Shown: positions 20,649 through 32,770, counted from the stretch's first letter. The stretch: DNA of 64,000 nt from Sedimentisphaerales bacterium (GCA_963666285.1 OY762711.1); one strand, 5' to 3'. The notes: generated by a model from the sequence alone, not told the origin. A program made the numbers and translations.

Positions 20649-20858
20649 TAGTGCGGTTTATGCTTCGCATCATATGCATGTCGCACTTTTGACTGTTCAA
20701 CATTATACGCAAAGGCCGGAACAGGGCCTTGTGAATGAAAAACTTTATATTTAATTGTATTTTCGAGCTATTTCTCGAAAGTATATTTAATTCAAAACGC
20801 TGCAGGAAGGCCCTTTTAGGCGATTTTTGCAACTTAAAAACTGCAAAAGTAAAAACTT
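20649..20858. repeat. MITE-like repeat, copy 1
   Basis: Near-identical to 27017-27219 and 48542-48727; imperfect ~30-bp terminal inverted repeats. Confidence 0.85.
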
Positions 20859-21240
20859 ATATATAAAACATTCAATCTAAATCGAGATTGATCTATTGCT
20901 AAAAATGCAAACAATCAGGGCTGCCCCCTCTCCTCCGAAAATTATCGGTCCATTAACCGACAAAAAAGACTTATACACTACGCAATAATATCGAGTTACG
21001 TTCTAAGATTTCCTAAATATTATTAATTATTTTACCAATACTTAAGAGCGAATTTGAAACTCTGGAAGCCCCATGGCAGCCACAACAAACGTAAGATGCT
21101 TTGATAGCTTAACTTAGATTAAAACAGGCTGTAGTAAATGGCAATTAGCTACACAAATCCATGTATATTATCAATACTGAAAATCATTAACATAAATAAG
21201 GTATAATTTGTCACACTTTCCCGGAAAGGTAGGCCCAAAT

Positions 21241-21927
21241 TTATTTGATTTGCTTTTTAATTATGCCATAAGGCCTGGGAAAAGCTACGGGGCTGCGAAA
21301 CTGCTTGACTGTTTTAATGATACAATAATCAATATCATTTTCATCCTGGTCCGGCAACGAATACGCAATCTGGTCTGGTTTGTCGCCTCCAAGCTGCTTA
21401 ATAACTTTCTCGGCTAACGGCATCTCTTCAATCACTTTGGGACCTTTCCAGGCCAAAAACATGCCAGAGATCATTAGAAATGGTAATGCAAGCTCAGAAA
21501 TCAAAGCCAGGTGGCCAACAGCGCGAGCAGTAACAATGTCGAATTTTTCCCGATATTTGAAGTTATGAGCCAATTCTTCTGCCCGACCATTTATCGCCTC
21601 AAAATTTGTCAATTCCAGTTCCTTAGCAGCCAATTGCTGGAATTTGACTTTTTTCCCGGTAGCTTCCAAAGAGATAAAATCCCAGTTATCAAGCATTATT
21701 GCCAAAGCTAGAGACGGGAAACCTGCGCCAGAACCAATATCAAGCAGTTTTGGCCTGTAATTAAATTTTGAGGCATAATCCTCAAGAAGTTCCAAAACAA
21801 TTAATGAATCCTCGAAGTGCCTGATTTCAATCTGGTCAGGATCAACTATCCGAGTCAGATTATATTTTGCATTTTCAGTAATCAGCAATTCGCATAGCCG
21901 ATCGATTTTATCCTGTTTATCTGTCAT
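21241..21927 (-). CDS. rsmG: 16S rRNA m7G527 methyltransferase
   Basis: YNLTRI, RHFEDSL, DIGSGAGFP, KKVKF, RAEE, TARAV; start placed at ATG 21927. Confidence 0.93.
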   Translation of the reverse strand: MTDKQDKIDRLCELLITENAKYNLTRIVDPDQIEIRHFEDSLIVLELLEDYASKFNYRPKLLDIGSGAGFPSLALAIMLDNWDFISLEATGKKVKFQQLAAKELELTNFEAINGRAEELAHNFKYREKFDIVTARAVGHLALISELALPFLMISGMFLAWKGPKVIEEMPLAEKVIKQLGGDKPDQIAYSLPDQDENDIDYCIIKTVKQFRSPVAFPRPYGIIKKQIK

Positions 21928-22011
21928 ATTCAGAAATGATAAGCTAAAGGAAGCAAAAAATCCAAAGCTAATGCCTAAGTACAAAATATAATCATGAAAT
22001 TATAATTTCAG

Positions 22012-22185
22012 TTATACTTCCTCTTTGGCAATTTCATTCTCATGCTTTGCCCATTCAATATCATCTTTTCCTATCGCATCATCACCTTTATTCCAGTTGA
22101 CAATACCATAAACAACGCACAATAAAGCACTTAAAGGACAAAGAATATAACAGATGCCAACCCATTTATCTTCAAAACCAAGCAT
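22012..22185 (-). CDS. Small membrane protein (57 aa) resembling symporter small accessory proteins
   Basis: Manual translation MLGFEDKWVGICYILCPLSALLCVVYGIVNWNKGDDAIGKDDIEWAKHENEIAKEEV; GAGG upstream; below the ORF-track cutoff. Confidence 0.75.
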   Translation of the reverse strand: MLGFEDKWVGICYILCPLSALLCVVYGIVNWNKGDDAIGKDDIEWAKHENEIAKEEV

Positions 22186-22420
22186 ATGCACCTCGAAAAC
22201 AGATATAACTATAAAGAAATTATTGACTTATGTTCACTATTATATCTTTATAATCAGGTATATTCCAGTTTAAAAATAACGATATCTGATTGATTTATAA
22301 CTCCCTGCAATTTATTATATTAGTGAAAATAGTAGTATCAGCCATCAAGAATTTATATATCTTCAACTGTCTGGATAATTGAATAGATAAAGCATCGAAC
22401 CACCGCATAATATATACAAA

Positions 22421-24361
22421 ATGGAAATACAAATACCGGAATTAGAATATAACACCGTTTATATGAAGAACATGGAAGTTCTGTGGCGTGAAAACCCTGA
22501 CCTGGCCAGGTTAATTGACAGTGTCCCAGATGAAAAGCTTATTGAGTGCGAACGAACCAAAAACGGCGAATTTACCTGTCGGCTGCCGGGTGATAACGGA
22601 AAACTTCTATACCTGCACAGCCGCTATGACCCCACAAAAGAAGCCGAAAAATGGGCTGACGGCGTTATGGAAACCGCAAGACTTCAGCAGGAAAAAAATG
22701 ACGGCCGTATTTCAATGTGCTATGTTATTGACGGTTTTGGGTTAGGCTACCATGTTGAAGCTTTACATAAAAGACTCAAAGGAGAAATTTACTTTGTTAT
22801 AAGCGAAAACAATCTCGCATTAATAAGAACAGCATTAGCCTTGCGAGATCTATCTGAAATACTTAAAGATAACAAGATAATATTTATAACAAGGAATGAT
22901 CGAGATGAGATATTTAAGCGGCTATACGACATCGGCATCCTGATCACATTGGGTATAGTATTCACCAAAAGCATGCAAACGGTCGGCTATCAATATCATA
23001 ACAGTATCCATACCGCATTAAATGAGTTTGTCTCCTTCCTGCGCAGTCACACAATAAGTGTTTTAGCAAATAGTATTACAACTTGTACCAATATTGCCAA
23101 CAATCTGCGTGCATATGTAGAATGCGGATCGGTTAACATTTTAAAGAACAGGTTTAAAGGCTATCCGGCAGTAGTGGTATCAGCCGGTCCTTCGCTGCAG
23201 AAAAATATTGAAATACTAAAAAAGATTCGCAGCCGAGTAGTGGTAATTGCAGTACAGACAACTTTGAAACCATTATTAGCAAAAGGAATCAAGCCGGACT
23301 TTGTAACTTCACTGGACTATCACGAAATAAGCAAACGCTTTTATGAAGGTCTTCAAGATCAATTATCAGATATTCATTTAGTAGCTGAGCCAAAGGTAAG
23401 CTGGCATGTGATCGATAAATATATCGGAAAGGGCCCGATATCAATTCTCGGAAATGAATTTGCAAACCTGCTGCTTATGGATCAACCATCAAAACACGAC
23501 ACTATCCCTGCCGGTGCAACCGTAGCCCACCTTGCCTTTTACCTGGGGCAATATATGGGATGTGACCCGGTTATATTCATCGGTCAGGATCTAGGCTATA
23601 GTAATAACGTTTATTACAGCCCGGGTAATGCCGTTCATGAAGTATGGCGTCCGGAGATGAATAGATTTTATACAATTGAAATGAAAGAGTGGGAAAGAAT
23701 TCTTCGCAGCCGTAATATGCTGCGAAAAGTAGAAGATATCTACGGAAATCCCATATATACTGATGAACAGATGTTTACTTATCTTCAGCAGTTTGAAAAA
23801 GACTTTGCCGCCTCACCAGTTAAAGTCATCGACGCAACTGAAGGTGGAGTTAAAAAACAATATTCAGAAATAATGACTCTACAGGAAGCGGCAGAGCAAT
23901 ACTGTACCAGGGAAATAGATAAGACAAAATTTGAATACAGAAAACAAATCAGTAACTTCAACCAGGAAGCGAAAGATGGGGCACTAAAACAGTTACAAAA
24001 ACGCAAAGAAGACATTCAAGAACTAGCTGATATATCTGACAAAACAGTAGTCCTGGTGAACAAAATGCTGAATGATATTGAAAATCAGGATTATGTTAAC
24101 AAGTTAATGATCGAGCTGGATGAGCTTCGCAGTAAAGTACGTCACCGAGAACGAATTTACGAACTAGTCAGATCGGTCAGCCAGATGGCAGAATATTACC
24201 GTTTCCGCGCCGACCGCGAACTAAAGGTACTTGGTAAAGACGGAATTGAAAAACAAAAGCATCAGCTGCAGCGTGATATAGGTTATGTCTCAGAGATAAG
24301 AAAGGGATGTGATACAATTATCAAAATAATAGATGGAGCTATCGAAAGGTTTAATGACTAA
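22421..24361 (+). CDS. Motility-associated factor (Maf) glycosyltransferase / DUF115 family protein
   Basis: LHSRYDP, GFGLGY, VVVSAGPSL, GIKPDF, IFIGQDLGY, IDATEGG. Confidence 0.8.
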   Translation: MEIQIPELEYNTVYMKNMEVLWRENPDLARLIDSVPDEKLIECERTKNGEFTCRLPGDNGKLLYLHSRYDPTKEAEKWADGVMETARLQQEKNDGRISMCYVIDGFGLGYHVEALHKRLKGEIYFVISENNLALIRTALALRDLSEILKDNKIIFITRNDRDEIFKRLYDIGILITLGIVFTKSMQTVGYQYHNSIHTALNEFVSFLRSHTISVLANSITTCTNIANNLRAYVECGSVNILKNRFKGYPAVVVSAGPSLQKNIEILKKIRSRVVVIAVQTTLKPLLAKGIKPDFVTSLDYHEISKRFYEGLQDQLSDIHLVAEPKVSWHVIDKYIGKGPISILGNEFANLLLMDQPSKHDTIPAGATVAHLAFYLGQYMGCDPVIFIGQDLGYSNNVYYSPGNAVHEVWRPEMNRFYTIEMKEWERILRSRNMLRKVEDIYGNPIYTDEQMFTYLQQFEKDFAASPVKVIDATEGGVKKQYSEIMTLQEAAEQYCTREIDKTKFEYRKQISNFNQEAKDGALKQLQKRKEDIQELADISDKTVVLVNKMLNDIENQDYVNKLMIELDELRSKVRHRERIYELVRSVSQMAEYYRFRADRELKVLGKDGIEKQKHQLQRDIGYVSEIRKGCDTIIKIIDGAIERFND

Positions 24362-24740
24362 ATCCCCATTCGTTAATCACCAGAAATCAAATAGCAATAA
24401 GTTAGCGAAAACAGGTCCCATAAACAGCTCGGCAACAATTATTATTTACACCTGTTTCATTTATATAATTCTTATTAATTTACCAGAGTTTATCAAAGAC
24501 AGCCATAAAGAGTTTATCGATAGAAGTTTACGTACACAAATTCGTTGAATGCCAGCTGTTCCGCTATATTTAAATCACAAACTATATAACTATAAATATT
24601 CCTTTGAACAGAAAAGCAATATTATTATAAACACAAGATGTTTTTGTGCCGAAGACCGGGATATAAGAATAAGAAATGAAAGTTTATTTATTGGACTTTC
24701 GATACTATAACTATAACCTTTTCTATAATTCAGGTGATTC

Positions 24741-25680
24741 AATGGAAAAAGGAATATTACTAGAAGCCGGCACAAATGAATTAGAAGTACTAGTTTTCAA
24801 AGTTGGAAAAACTCCATTTGGCATTAACGTTGCTAAAATTCGTGAGATAATTCAACGTCAGCAGACGATCAATATACCTAATGCACCACATAGTGTTGAA
24901 GGCAGCATCAAACTGCGTGAAGAAGTTCTTTCGCTAATAAACCTGGGTGACTATTTCGGCGTTCAAGGCGAAGAAACGACACGAGGCGGAGGCATGACTA
25001 TCGTGGTTGAGTTTAACAATCTACGATGCGGCGTCTTGGTAGACACCGTTGAACGCATACACAGGTTAAGCTGGAGTGATATAAAGACACCATCAGAATA
25101 CTTACAGAGAATGAAGGCTCCTATTACCGGTACTGTAAACCTATCAGATCAAACGATACTTATTGTAGACTTTGAAACAGTAATCAGTGAAGTGCTCGGA
25201 GTAAATTGCGCCGAAGATACCGAAGAAGTACAGGTTAGAAATGAAGTTTCTACTCAAGATGTACGCATAGTAATGGCAGACGATTCCACCATTATTCGCA
25301 AGACAGTCGAAAGAGTATTGCGAAAGCACAATTTCAATAATCTAACTATATTCCACGACGGCCAGGAAGTATGGGAGTATATGCAGCATCATTACGATGA
25401 CGAATCCGGGCCTTGCGACCTTGTAGTTACAGATATAGAAATGCCGGGTATGGATGGTCTGCATTTGACAAAAAATATCAAAGATGACCCCAGGCTTAAA
25501 AACATTCCGGTTATCCTGTTCTCCTCTTTGATAAATGCTGATAATATCAAAAAAGGTCAGTCTGTTGGAGCAGACGCTCAGGTAAGTAAGCCAAACAGTT
25601 CAGAAATGATCTCTACTATTTACGACTGCCTGGAGAAAAGAGGCGTTCGCTGTACAGATCAGGAAGCTGCACTGGCATAA
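24741..25680 (+). CDS. cheV: Chemotaxis protein CheV (CheW + receiver)
   Basis: ILLEAGTNELEVLVF, FGINVAKIREII, then receiver with ADDS, TDIEMPGMDG, FSS, SKP; start probably at MEKG (ATG about 24742). Confidence 0.9.
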
Positions 25681-25861
25681 CAGTCATAACTGCCATAAAC
25701 CATACTTTTCTGGAAAAAAAACATAAAAATATAAAATATATTATAAAGCCCGACTGATAACCAGTCGATTATATAAGTGCAAAAGCAAACAACTTTCATA
25801 CAGTCATAAAAGGCATAATGTAACCCATGTGCCTTTTTGGCTTTTAAAGAAACAATAAAAA

Positions 25862-25893
25862 TAACCCCCGGCTTCATGTGCCGAGGGTTTTTT
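25862..25893. terminator. Intrinsic terminator after cheV
   Basis: AACCCCCGGC...GCCGAGGGTT followed by T-run. Confidence 0.6.
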
Positions 25894-25963
25894 ATTTATC
25901 AGGAAATATTATGCGATCTATCTGGCTCAGATATGATTTAAGAAAAAAGACTATTCACACTAT

Positions 25964-25997
25964 AAAAAAACAGGTTCACCATATGGTGAACCTGTTT
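25964..25997 (-). terminator. Intrinsic terminator
   Basis: A-run then perfect AACAGGTTCACC-ATAT-GGTGAACCTGTT. Confidence 0.7.
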
Positions 25998-26003
25998 AAG
26001 TTT

Positions 26004-26261
26004 TTACTTAGCATGGAAAAATCTCTGATCAGTACCGCCTGGTCCAATGGCAACTTTTACCAGCCGCAAACACTTTGGGCACCGTCCTTCATAATGAGTA
26101 CCAGCTTTATTTTTATAAATATGCTGATAGACACCACAGCAATCAAACATTACATAAAGACACTTCTTATCTTTGTTGTCTTTAGTTTCATGTGGAATTT
26201 GTAGTTGATCATTTTCAACCGGCAGTCCATTGATATCAAGAATGTAATCAGGATCTTCCAT
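26004..26261 (-). CDS. Small Cys-containing (possibly zinc-binding) hypothetical protein
   Basis: FDCCGVY...YEGRCPKC...GPGGT..RFF. Confidence 0.65.
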   Translation of the reverse strand: MEDPDYILDINGLPVENDQLQIPHETKDNKDKKCLYVMFDCCGVYQHIYKNKAGTHYEGRCPKCLRLVKVAIGPGGTDQRFFHAK

Positions 26262-26267
26262 TTTTTA

Positions 26268-26942
26268 TTATAAAGGTCTAACTTTTAAATCTTTGAAATA
26301 GACAACGCTTTTGGGGTCATGTCCCTGCAGGCAAAATGTTCCACTTGAAAGTTTTCTACCAGGCCAGCCAGGAAAAGACACATCATCAGGCTCGGTATAA
26401 TCGACCACTGTCTGACCGTTAATTTCAACAGTAACATGTTTGCCTTTAACGACGATACGATGAGTATACCATTCATTATCTTTTGCCGGAGGATTACTAA
26501 CTTTAGCAGCATCATAAAGACCACCAGATTTCTGCGGATCAGGATGTGAAATATTAACCTGGCTTTCATAACCATTGGCCGGCCAACCCTGGTCCTGATA
26601 TTTTGTATGGAAATAAATTCCTGAGTTTGATCCAGGGGTAGTCATAACTGAAGCGACAAACTCGAAATCCTTGAATTCAACATTGCCACCATCGCCAACA
26701 TAGAACAAGTGACAGCGACCATTTGATACTTTGATTGTTCCATTTTCTACACTAAAACAACCTTCCTTCTCATTGGCCTTCCATCCGGTCAAATCCTTGC
26801 CGTTGAACATTGAAATCCACTTGACGCTGTCTTCCCTGGTGCAAGAAGAATTGTCACAAGATTTCTGATCACAAGAATCACAGCAGCCAGAAATAAATGA
26901 AACAACAAATAACAATAGAATAACTAAACAAAACTTCTTCAT
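26268..26942 (-). CDS. DUF1080 / 3-keto-disaccharide hydrolase family lipoprotein
   Basis: Lipobox ISGC; MFNGKDLTGW, NSGIYF, GYESQ, LQGHD; ATG 26942. Confidence 0.88.
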   Translation of the reverse strand: MKKFCLVILLLFVVSFISGCCDSCDQKSCDNSSCTREDSVKWISMFNGKDLTGWKANEKEGCFSVENGTIKVSNGRCHLFYVGDGGNVEFKDFEFVASVMTTPGSNSGIYFHTKYQDQGWPANGYESQVNISHPDPQKSGGLYDAAKVSNPPAKDNEWYTHRIVVKGKHVTVEINGQTVVDYTEPDDVSFPGWPGRKLSSGTFCLQGHDPKSVVYFKDLKVRPL

Positions 26943-27016
26943 TAAATACTCCAATCGATAAAAAGAGAAATTAAAACATATACTTAATTTAATTCAATTT
27001 GTTAATAACAAATTAT

Positions 27017-27219
27017 TTGTACGGTATCACATTTTTGATTGTTCAACATTACACGCAAAAGCCGAAACAGGGCCTTGTGAATGAAAAACTTTATATTTAA
27101 AAGTATTTCCGAGCTAATTCTCGAAAGTACATTTAATTCAAAGCGTTGCAGGAAGCCATTTTAGGCGATTTACCAAAGGCACTTCGTTATTGCAACTTAA
27201 AAACTGCGAAAGTAAACTA
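27017..27219. repeat. MITE-like repeat, copy 2
   Basis: More diverged copy with an extra ~18 nt near its right end. Confidence 0.85.
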
Positions 27220-27302
27220 TTTTTGTCATCAAGCTATTATCAGAATCAGTAACTACACATAGATTATAAATTGCTATTAGCAATACTTAAACTTTATTGA
27301 TG

Positions 27303-28331
<1,029 letters not shown>

Positions 28332-28481
28332 TTACGAGATATAAGCCCATTTTTCCAGAATATTCCTGCCTTACGGCCCAAGACAGCAAATAATTACTGC
28401 ATTTTCATAACGATTATAACAGCAATATTAATAATAATACTCTCCCTATATGCATACTACACTGGATAGTAGTTGAGGTTC

Positions 28482-28536
28482 TTGACAAAAGGTAAAAGAT
28501 GTTATATAATACTATGTGAGCATATTGTATTATAGT
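28482..28536 (+). promoter_or_regulatory. Consensus sigma70 promoter with adjacent inverted repeat (possible ArsR operator)
   Basis: TTGACA (28482)-N17-TATAAT (28505); ACTAT...ATAGT at 28511-28536. Confidence 0.7.
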
Positions 28537-28570
28537 AACTAAATATAAAAAGACATAACAAACCTAAACT

Positions 28571-28900
28571 ATGAATGATAAAGAACTTAAGATATTTAAA
28601 ATGCGTGCAGATATTGCCCAGGGCATAGGGCATCCAATAAGAATGGCAATAATTGACTTTCTCAAGGATGGTGAAAAATGCGTCTGCGAAATAAGTGAAA
28701 GGCTAAGCTCGCAAAGGTCAAACATATCCAGGCATTTGTCGGTACTACAAAAAGCCGGTTTAATCTCGGGTCGCAAAGACGGGCTTTGGATGAGATATTC
28801 CTTGTCTCATCCGGAACTGGATTGCTTAATTAGCTGCGTAGACAACATTGTTAGAAAGAAACTCAATGAAGATTTACAAGTACTGGAAAAACTGGGGTAA
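28571..28900 (+). CDS. ArsR/SmtB family repressor
   Basis: GHPIRMAI, EKCVCEI, SNISRHL..L.KAGLI. Confidence 0.92.
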   Translation: MNDKELKIFKMRADIAQGIGHPIRMAIIDFLKDGEKCVCEISERLSSQRSNISRHLSVLQKAGLISGRKDGLWMRYSLSHPELDCLISCVDNIVRKKLNEDLQVLEKLG

Positions 28901-28906
28901 ATAATT

Positions 28907-29929
28907 ATGTGTGAATGCCTAAGCTTAAAAATATTTACTATGCTGGCTGACAAAATCGTCTATGGCTGGCTCGACATGGAAGATTCCAGTCACCTTGCAA
29001 CGAGTCTGCATTTTTTCATTGAAGATGTTACCAAGATTTTTTCTCTGCTGGTGATAATTATTTACCTGGTTGGATTAGCTCGAGCTTCACTCAATGTAGA
29101 ACGAGTAAGAGATTACCTGGCAGGAAAACATCGGTTATTTGGTTATTTTGCAGCAGCCTGTTTTGGCGCGATTACACCTTTTTGTTCATGTTCCAGCATC
29201 CCCTTGTTTCTTGGTTTCACCCAGGCAGGAATACCACTTGGCATAACAATGGCATTTCTTATCACTTCACCTATGATCAATGAAGTGGCGGTTGTACTAC
29301 TCGGAGGCCTACTGGGACTTAAATTCACAATTGTATATTCTGCGATCGGAATTGCTGCCGGAGTTTTAGGTGGAATATTTTTTGACGCTATCGGAGCAGA
29401 TAAATATCTGACAGATCTGGCGGCAAGTGCAAAAAACATAAAACAACCCAGCCAGCCAGGCTCAGATTCTCTTTCTCAAAAAACAACATGGAAAGAACGA
29501 CATGAATTTGCCAAAAGCGAATTATTCAGCATAGTAGGTAGAATCTGGAAATGGATTATAATTGGTATAGGTGTTGGCGCAGGTCTGCATGGCTATGTAC
29601 CACAATCGGTAATCGTTGATAACCTGGGCGATGGTCAATGGTGGTCAGTTCCGGCAGCAACAATAATCGGCATACCGCTATACTCAAATGCCAGTGGAAT
29701 AATCCCTGTAGCTGAAAGCCTGCTTGGAAAAGGTTTGCCCATAGGAACAACACTGGCATTTATGATGAGTACTGTTGCGGCAAGTATGCCTGAATTCGTA
29801 ATGCTAAAACAGGTTATGAAGACAAAGCTGCTTGTCTTTTTCTTTATATTCCTGCTTTTTCTGTTCACTCTCACGGGGTGGTTTTTTAATGCATTTTCCA
29901 GTTTTTTTGCAATTCCCGGCATGCAATAA
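28907..29929 (+). CDS. ArsP-like (DUF318) permease
   Basis: TPFCSCSSIP, FLITSP, GIPLY, GTTLAFMM...SMPE. Confidence 0.88.
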   Translation: MCECLSLKIFTMLADKIVYGWLDMEDSSHLATSLHFFIEDVTKIFSLLVIIIYLVGLARASLNVERVRDYLAGKHRLFGYFAAACFGAITPFCSCSSIPLFLGFTQAGIPLGITMAFLITSPMINEVAVVLLGGLLGLKFTIVYSAIGIAAGVLGGIFFDAIGADKYLTDLAASAKNIKQPSQPGSDSLSQKTTWKERHEFAKSELFSIVGRIWKWIIIGIGVGAGLHGYVPQSVIVDNLGDGQWWSVPAATIIGIPLYSNASGIIPVAESLLGKGLPIGTTLAFMMSTVAASMPEFVMLKQVMKTKLLVFFFIFLLFLFTLTGWFFNAFSSFFAIPGMQ

Positions 29930-30018
29930 GGATATTTGCTTTTGCGTTTTACCTATTGGACTATAAAACAAATAGCATATAACAAATTATAAGTTTATAA
30001 ATAGTAATAGGTTAAAAA

Positions 30019-30747
30019 ATGAAAATAATGCCTTACATTAGAAGGACCATCTCGCTTACAGCCTTATGGTCTTTTATTATTTTAACAATATCGTCTGTAA
30101 TTATTTACGTTCAGCCACATGGCAGATTTACCAGCTGGTCAGGGCAGGAATGGTTCGGCATGGATAGGAACCAGTGGTTTTATATCCATATTAATGTCGG
30201 TTTTTTGATGATTGCGGCCTGTATCATCCATATCTTACTAAATATAAAGCAAATCAATCTCTATTTCAGAAGTAAATTCAGAAAAATTAATTTTGTTTCT
30301 GTAGAACTTGTTCTTTCGTTGCTGATTACTGCTTTCGTTGTATGGGGCACATACGCTGACATAAAACCAATAACTTACATTAACGATTTGAGTTGGAATC
30401 TAAGAAGACAAATCGCTGAGAAATACGGCAGACCACCATACGCAAACGCAGAGAAGTCTTCCCTGGCAATATTCTGTCAACAGCTGGGGTATAACCTAGA
30501 ACAGGCGGTAAAAGCACTGAATGATGAAGGTTTCAAGCAAGTCGATACGGAAAAATCTCTTCTGACAATAGCAAGAGAAAACAACAGCTATCCACAGGAA
30601 ATATACAGGACGATCCACATCAACTCACTGCCAGAATCAACAGCAAGCCCATATAACAATTCCACAAATGGCCTGGAATCTGCAGGACGAGGCCAAGGTG
30701 GTGACGGCAGAGGAATGAGAAGACGAAATCGAGGCAGCCAACAATAA
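30019..30747 (+). CDS. DUF4405-like membrane protein
   Basis: TM helices with conserved His (WFYIHINVG, IIHILLN), PPYANAE, GRGQGG tail. Confidence 0.7.
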   Translation: MKIMPYIRRTISLTALWSFIILTISSVIIYVQPHGRFTSWSGQEWFGMDRNQWFYIHINVGFLMIAACIIHILLNIKQINLYFRSKFRKINFVSVELVLSLLITAFVVWGTYADIKPITYINDLSWNLRRQIAEKYGRPPYANAEKSSLAIFCQQLGYNLEQAVKALNDEGFKQVDTEKSLLTIARENNSYPQEIYRTIHINSLPESTASPYNNSTNGLESAGRGQGGDGRGMRRRNRGSQQ

Positions 30748-30762
30748 CAGGCAATATCAAGG

Positions 30763-32571
30763 TCATCCACACTGAAGTGAAATATAGTGTTTACCATTCA
30801 TCTCAAAAGAGCTTAACTGATGCACAACGCACTCTGCATCAAATTCATCAGCAGCAATAAGAGCTTCATCGTAGATAGAATTGAAGTTTGTACCGGCAAT
30901 CAAAATTACCTGTATCGGAATATAAGCCTTAATTTTCAGTATCCGATACCTGGTTGCTATAGCACCGATATTATCAGATAACCATTGAATAACCATCTCA
31001 ACACTACCCGCAACTGAATCGGCATATACCGCGGACAATATCACATGCACTTTGCCTTCTATATCAACCATAACCTTTGCATATGGAAAAACATCTTCAA
31101 ACTGCTGCAGTTCAATAGATACCAATCCTTTGTACTCAGACAAACGGGCCAGGTTTCTTCCGACAAAATCTGCAATCTCAAAATCACTCTCCAGAGGTTT
31201 ATTAACAACAACAGGAGAAACACTGGCAGGGCCAGAATGACAAACCGGTTGTGGGCGAGAAATTACCGCCTTGCGTGAATCACAGGATACTCCGAGTAAA
31301 TCCTCTATACTGGAAATCTGTCCGGCCTTAAAGATTTTCACATCCGGATTACATTCATTTTCATGAGAATCATGATCAGAAACAGCCGGCCTGTAACTAT
31401 TTTGACAATATTCTTTACCAGAACTATCAAAACCTGCTTCGTCTTTAGCGGTTTCAACCTGTTCTTCATCTACTTTTTGCTGCTTCAGCTCGATAATATC
31501 ATCTGTTCGGGCAGTATCATACGTATTGCAGGATGAAAAATTTTGAGGCTGTATAATCAAGTCATCAGGATTATAAAACTCAAGTGCATCAATTTGAGAT
31601 TCAGTATTCTCCTCCGCCTGAATATCCATTTTAACTTCAGACTGGTCTGCATTTACAGCTGTTACTTCACTGTCCGGAGCGATATCCCGCTGTTGGTCGC
31701 ACTCGGCTACAGGCTCAGTATGCTTATCATTATTTTCAGAGACTTCAGAATTATCTTTTGCCGTCGGCAGCTTATCATCCAGCACAACTTCTTCAGGTTC
31801 CTTCAACAAAGAACATCCTGCAGGTATTATTGTCCTATCAACATATTTTTTAGCAGTTTCAGCGAATTTATAATATGCCCGATCAGCATATTGCTCGTTA
31901 ACGGCATCACAAACAAATAAAGAGATTTCCTGATCGCCTTCGATATCAGCAGCAACTGACTTTAACACCTGATATGAACTGACTATACCGTCGTTAGTAC
32001 AATCCGTAATAAGGGTTACGCAATCGGCATGACTAATTATCTCATTTATGCGCGGCGCAAAAGAAGGATCGACATTAAGAATAATAGTATCGAAACCATT
32101 GGCCGCCTCATTGATTTGAGGTATCAAAGAGGCAGCCGTTCCTTCGGTTTCAGCGATGACAATCGGGTAATCAAAAGGATCACCGTTGAATACTTCAAGC
32201 AGAGTAACCTCGTATTGATCGATACTGACCAACGCTACCCGTTCATCTCTCTGTGACTGATATTCGGCATAGTCATGCACCTTTGAGAAAGAATCTCTCA
32301 AATGATAGGCCAGTACGATCTCACCCTGAAGGCTGTCATCCAGATCAAAGTCATAATCGCTGCGTCCTGTATTTTCACCGGCACCATCATTAAAATCTGC
32401 CGAATAATCAGTAATATCATTCTGCACTGGCAATTCATTTCCAGACGAATTATCCGCTGGCGGAGTTCGCCTGTCAGAATTACCTTCTCTTTGTTTATCA
32501 AGCTGCGAAAGGAACAGATGCGCTATGGATTCTATCCCTCTTTGTTTCTTTTTGTTATTATGCTCATCCAT
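30763..32571 (-). CDS. Hypothetical protein with degenerate MinD/FlhG-like domain and long acidic linker
   Basis: GIESIAHLFLS; DTIILNV...ADCVTLITDCTNDGIVSSYQVLK; no Walker A; start placed at ATG 32571 after GAGGG. Confidence 0.55.
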   Translation of the reverse strand: MDEHNNKKKQRGIESIAHLFLSQLDKQREGNSDRRTPPADNSSGNELPVQNDITDYSADFNDGAGENTGRSDYDFDLDDSLQGEIVLAYHLRDSFSKVHDYAEYQSQRDERVALVSIDQYEVTLLEVFNGDPFDYPIVIAETEGTAASLIPQINEAANGFDTIILNVDPSFAPRINEIISHADCVTLITDCTNDGIVSSYQVLKSVAADIEGDQEISLFVCDAVNEQYADRAYYKFAETAKKYVDRTIIPAGCSLLKEPEEVVLDDKLPTAKDNSEVSENNDKHTEPVAECDQQRDIAPDSEVTAVNADQSEVKMDIQAEENTESQIDALEFYNPDDLIIQPQNFSSCNTYDTARTDDIIELKQQKVDEEQVETAKDEAGFDSSGKEYCQNSYRPAVSDHDSHENECNPDVKIFKAGQISSIEDLLGVSCDSRKAVISRPQPVCHSGPASVSPVVVNKPLESDFEIADFVGRNLARLSEYKGLVSIELQQFEDVFPYAKVMVDIEGKVHVILSAVYADSVAGSVEMVIQWLSDNIGAIATRYRILKIKAYIPIQVILIAGTNFNSIYDEALIAADEFDAECVVHQLSSFEMNGKHYISLQCG

Positions 32572-32770
32572 GGTTCGCCCCTCAGGTAATATAATACCGT
32601 TCAAAATGTACTCCAAACATTTTGACAGAACACTCAATGCCTTATATTTAAATGCAGACAAACCCTCAAACCGTCAGAACTATCCTGACAATTTAAGGGG
32701 ACATATTATCACATCTAATTTTATTATATTTTAATAGAAAATAAACAGCAATAAAAATGCATGCCAATCT

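Noticed and set aside
20641..20832. 63-aa ORF in the ORF track
   Set aside because: It lies within the MITE-like repeat and has no recognisable protein features.
21180..21212. Second dif-like half site (TTAACATAA)
   Set aside because: No partner arm; expected by chance in AT-rich DNA.
28571..30747. ArsR-permease-DUF4405 cluster as a novel system
   Set aside because: Common metal/metalloid-response arrangement; nothing unusual seen.
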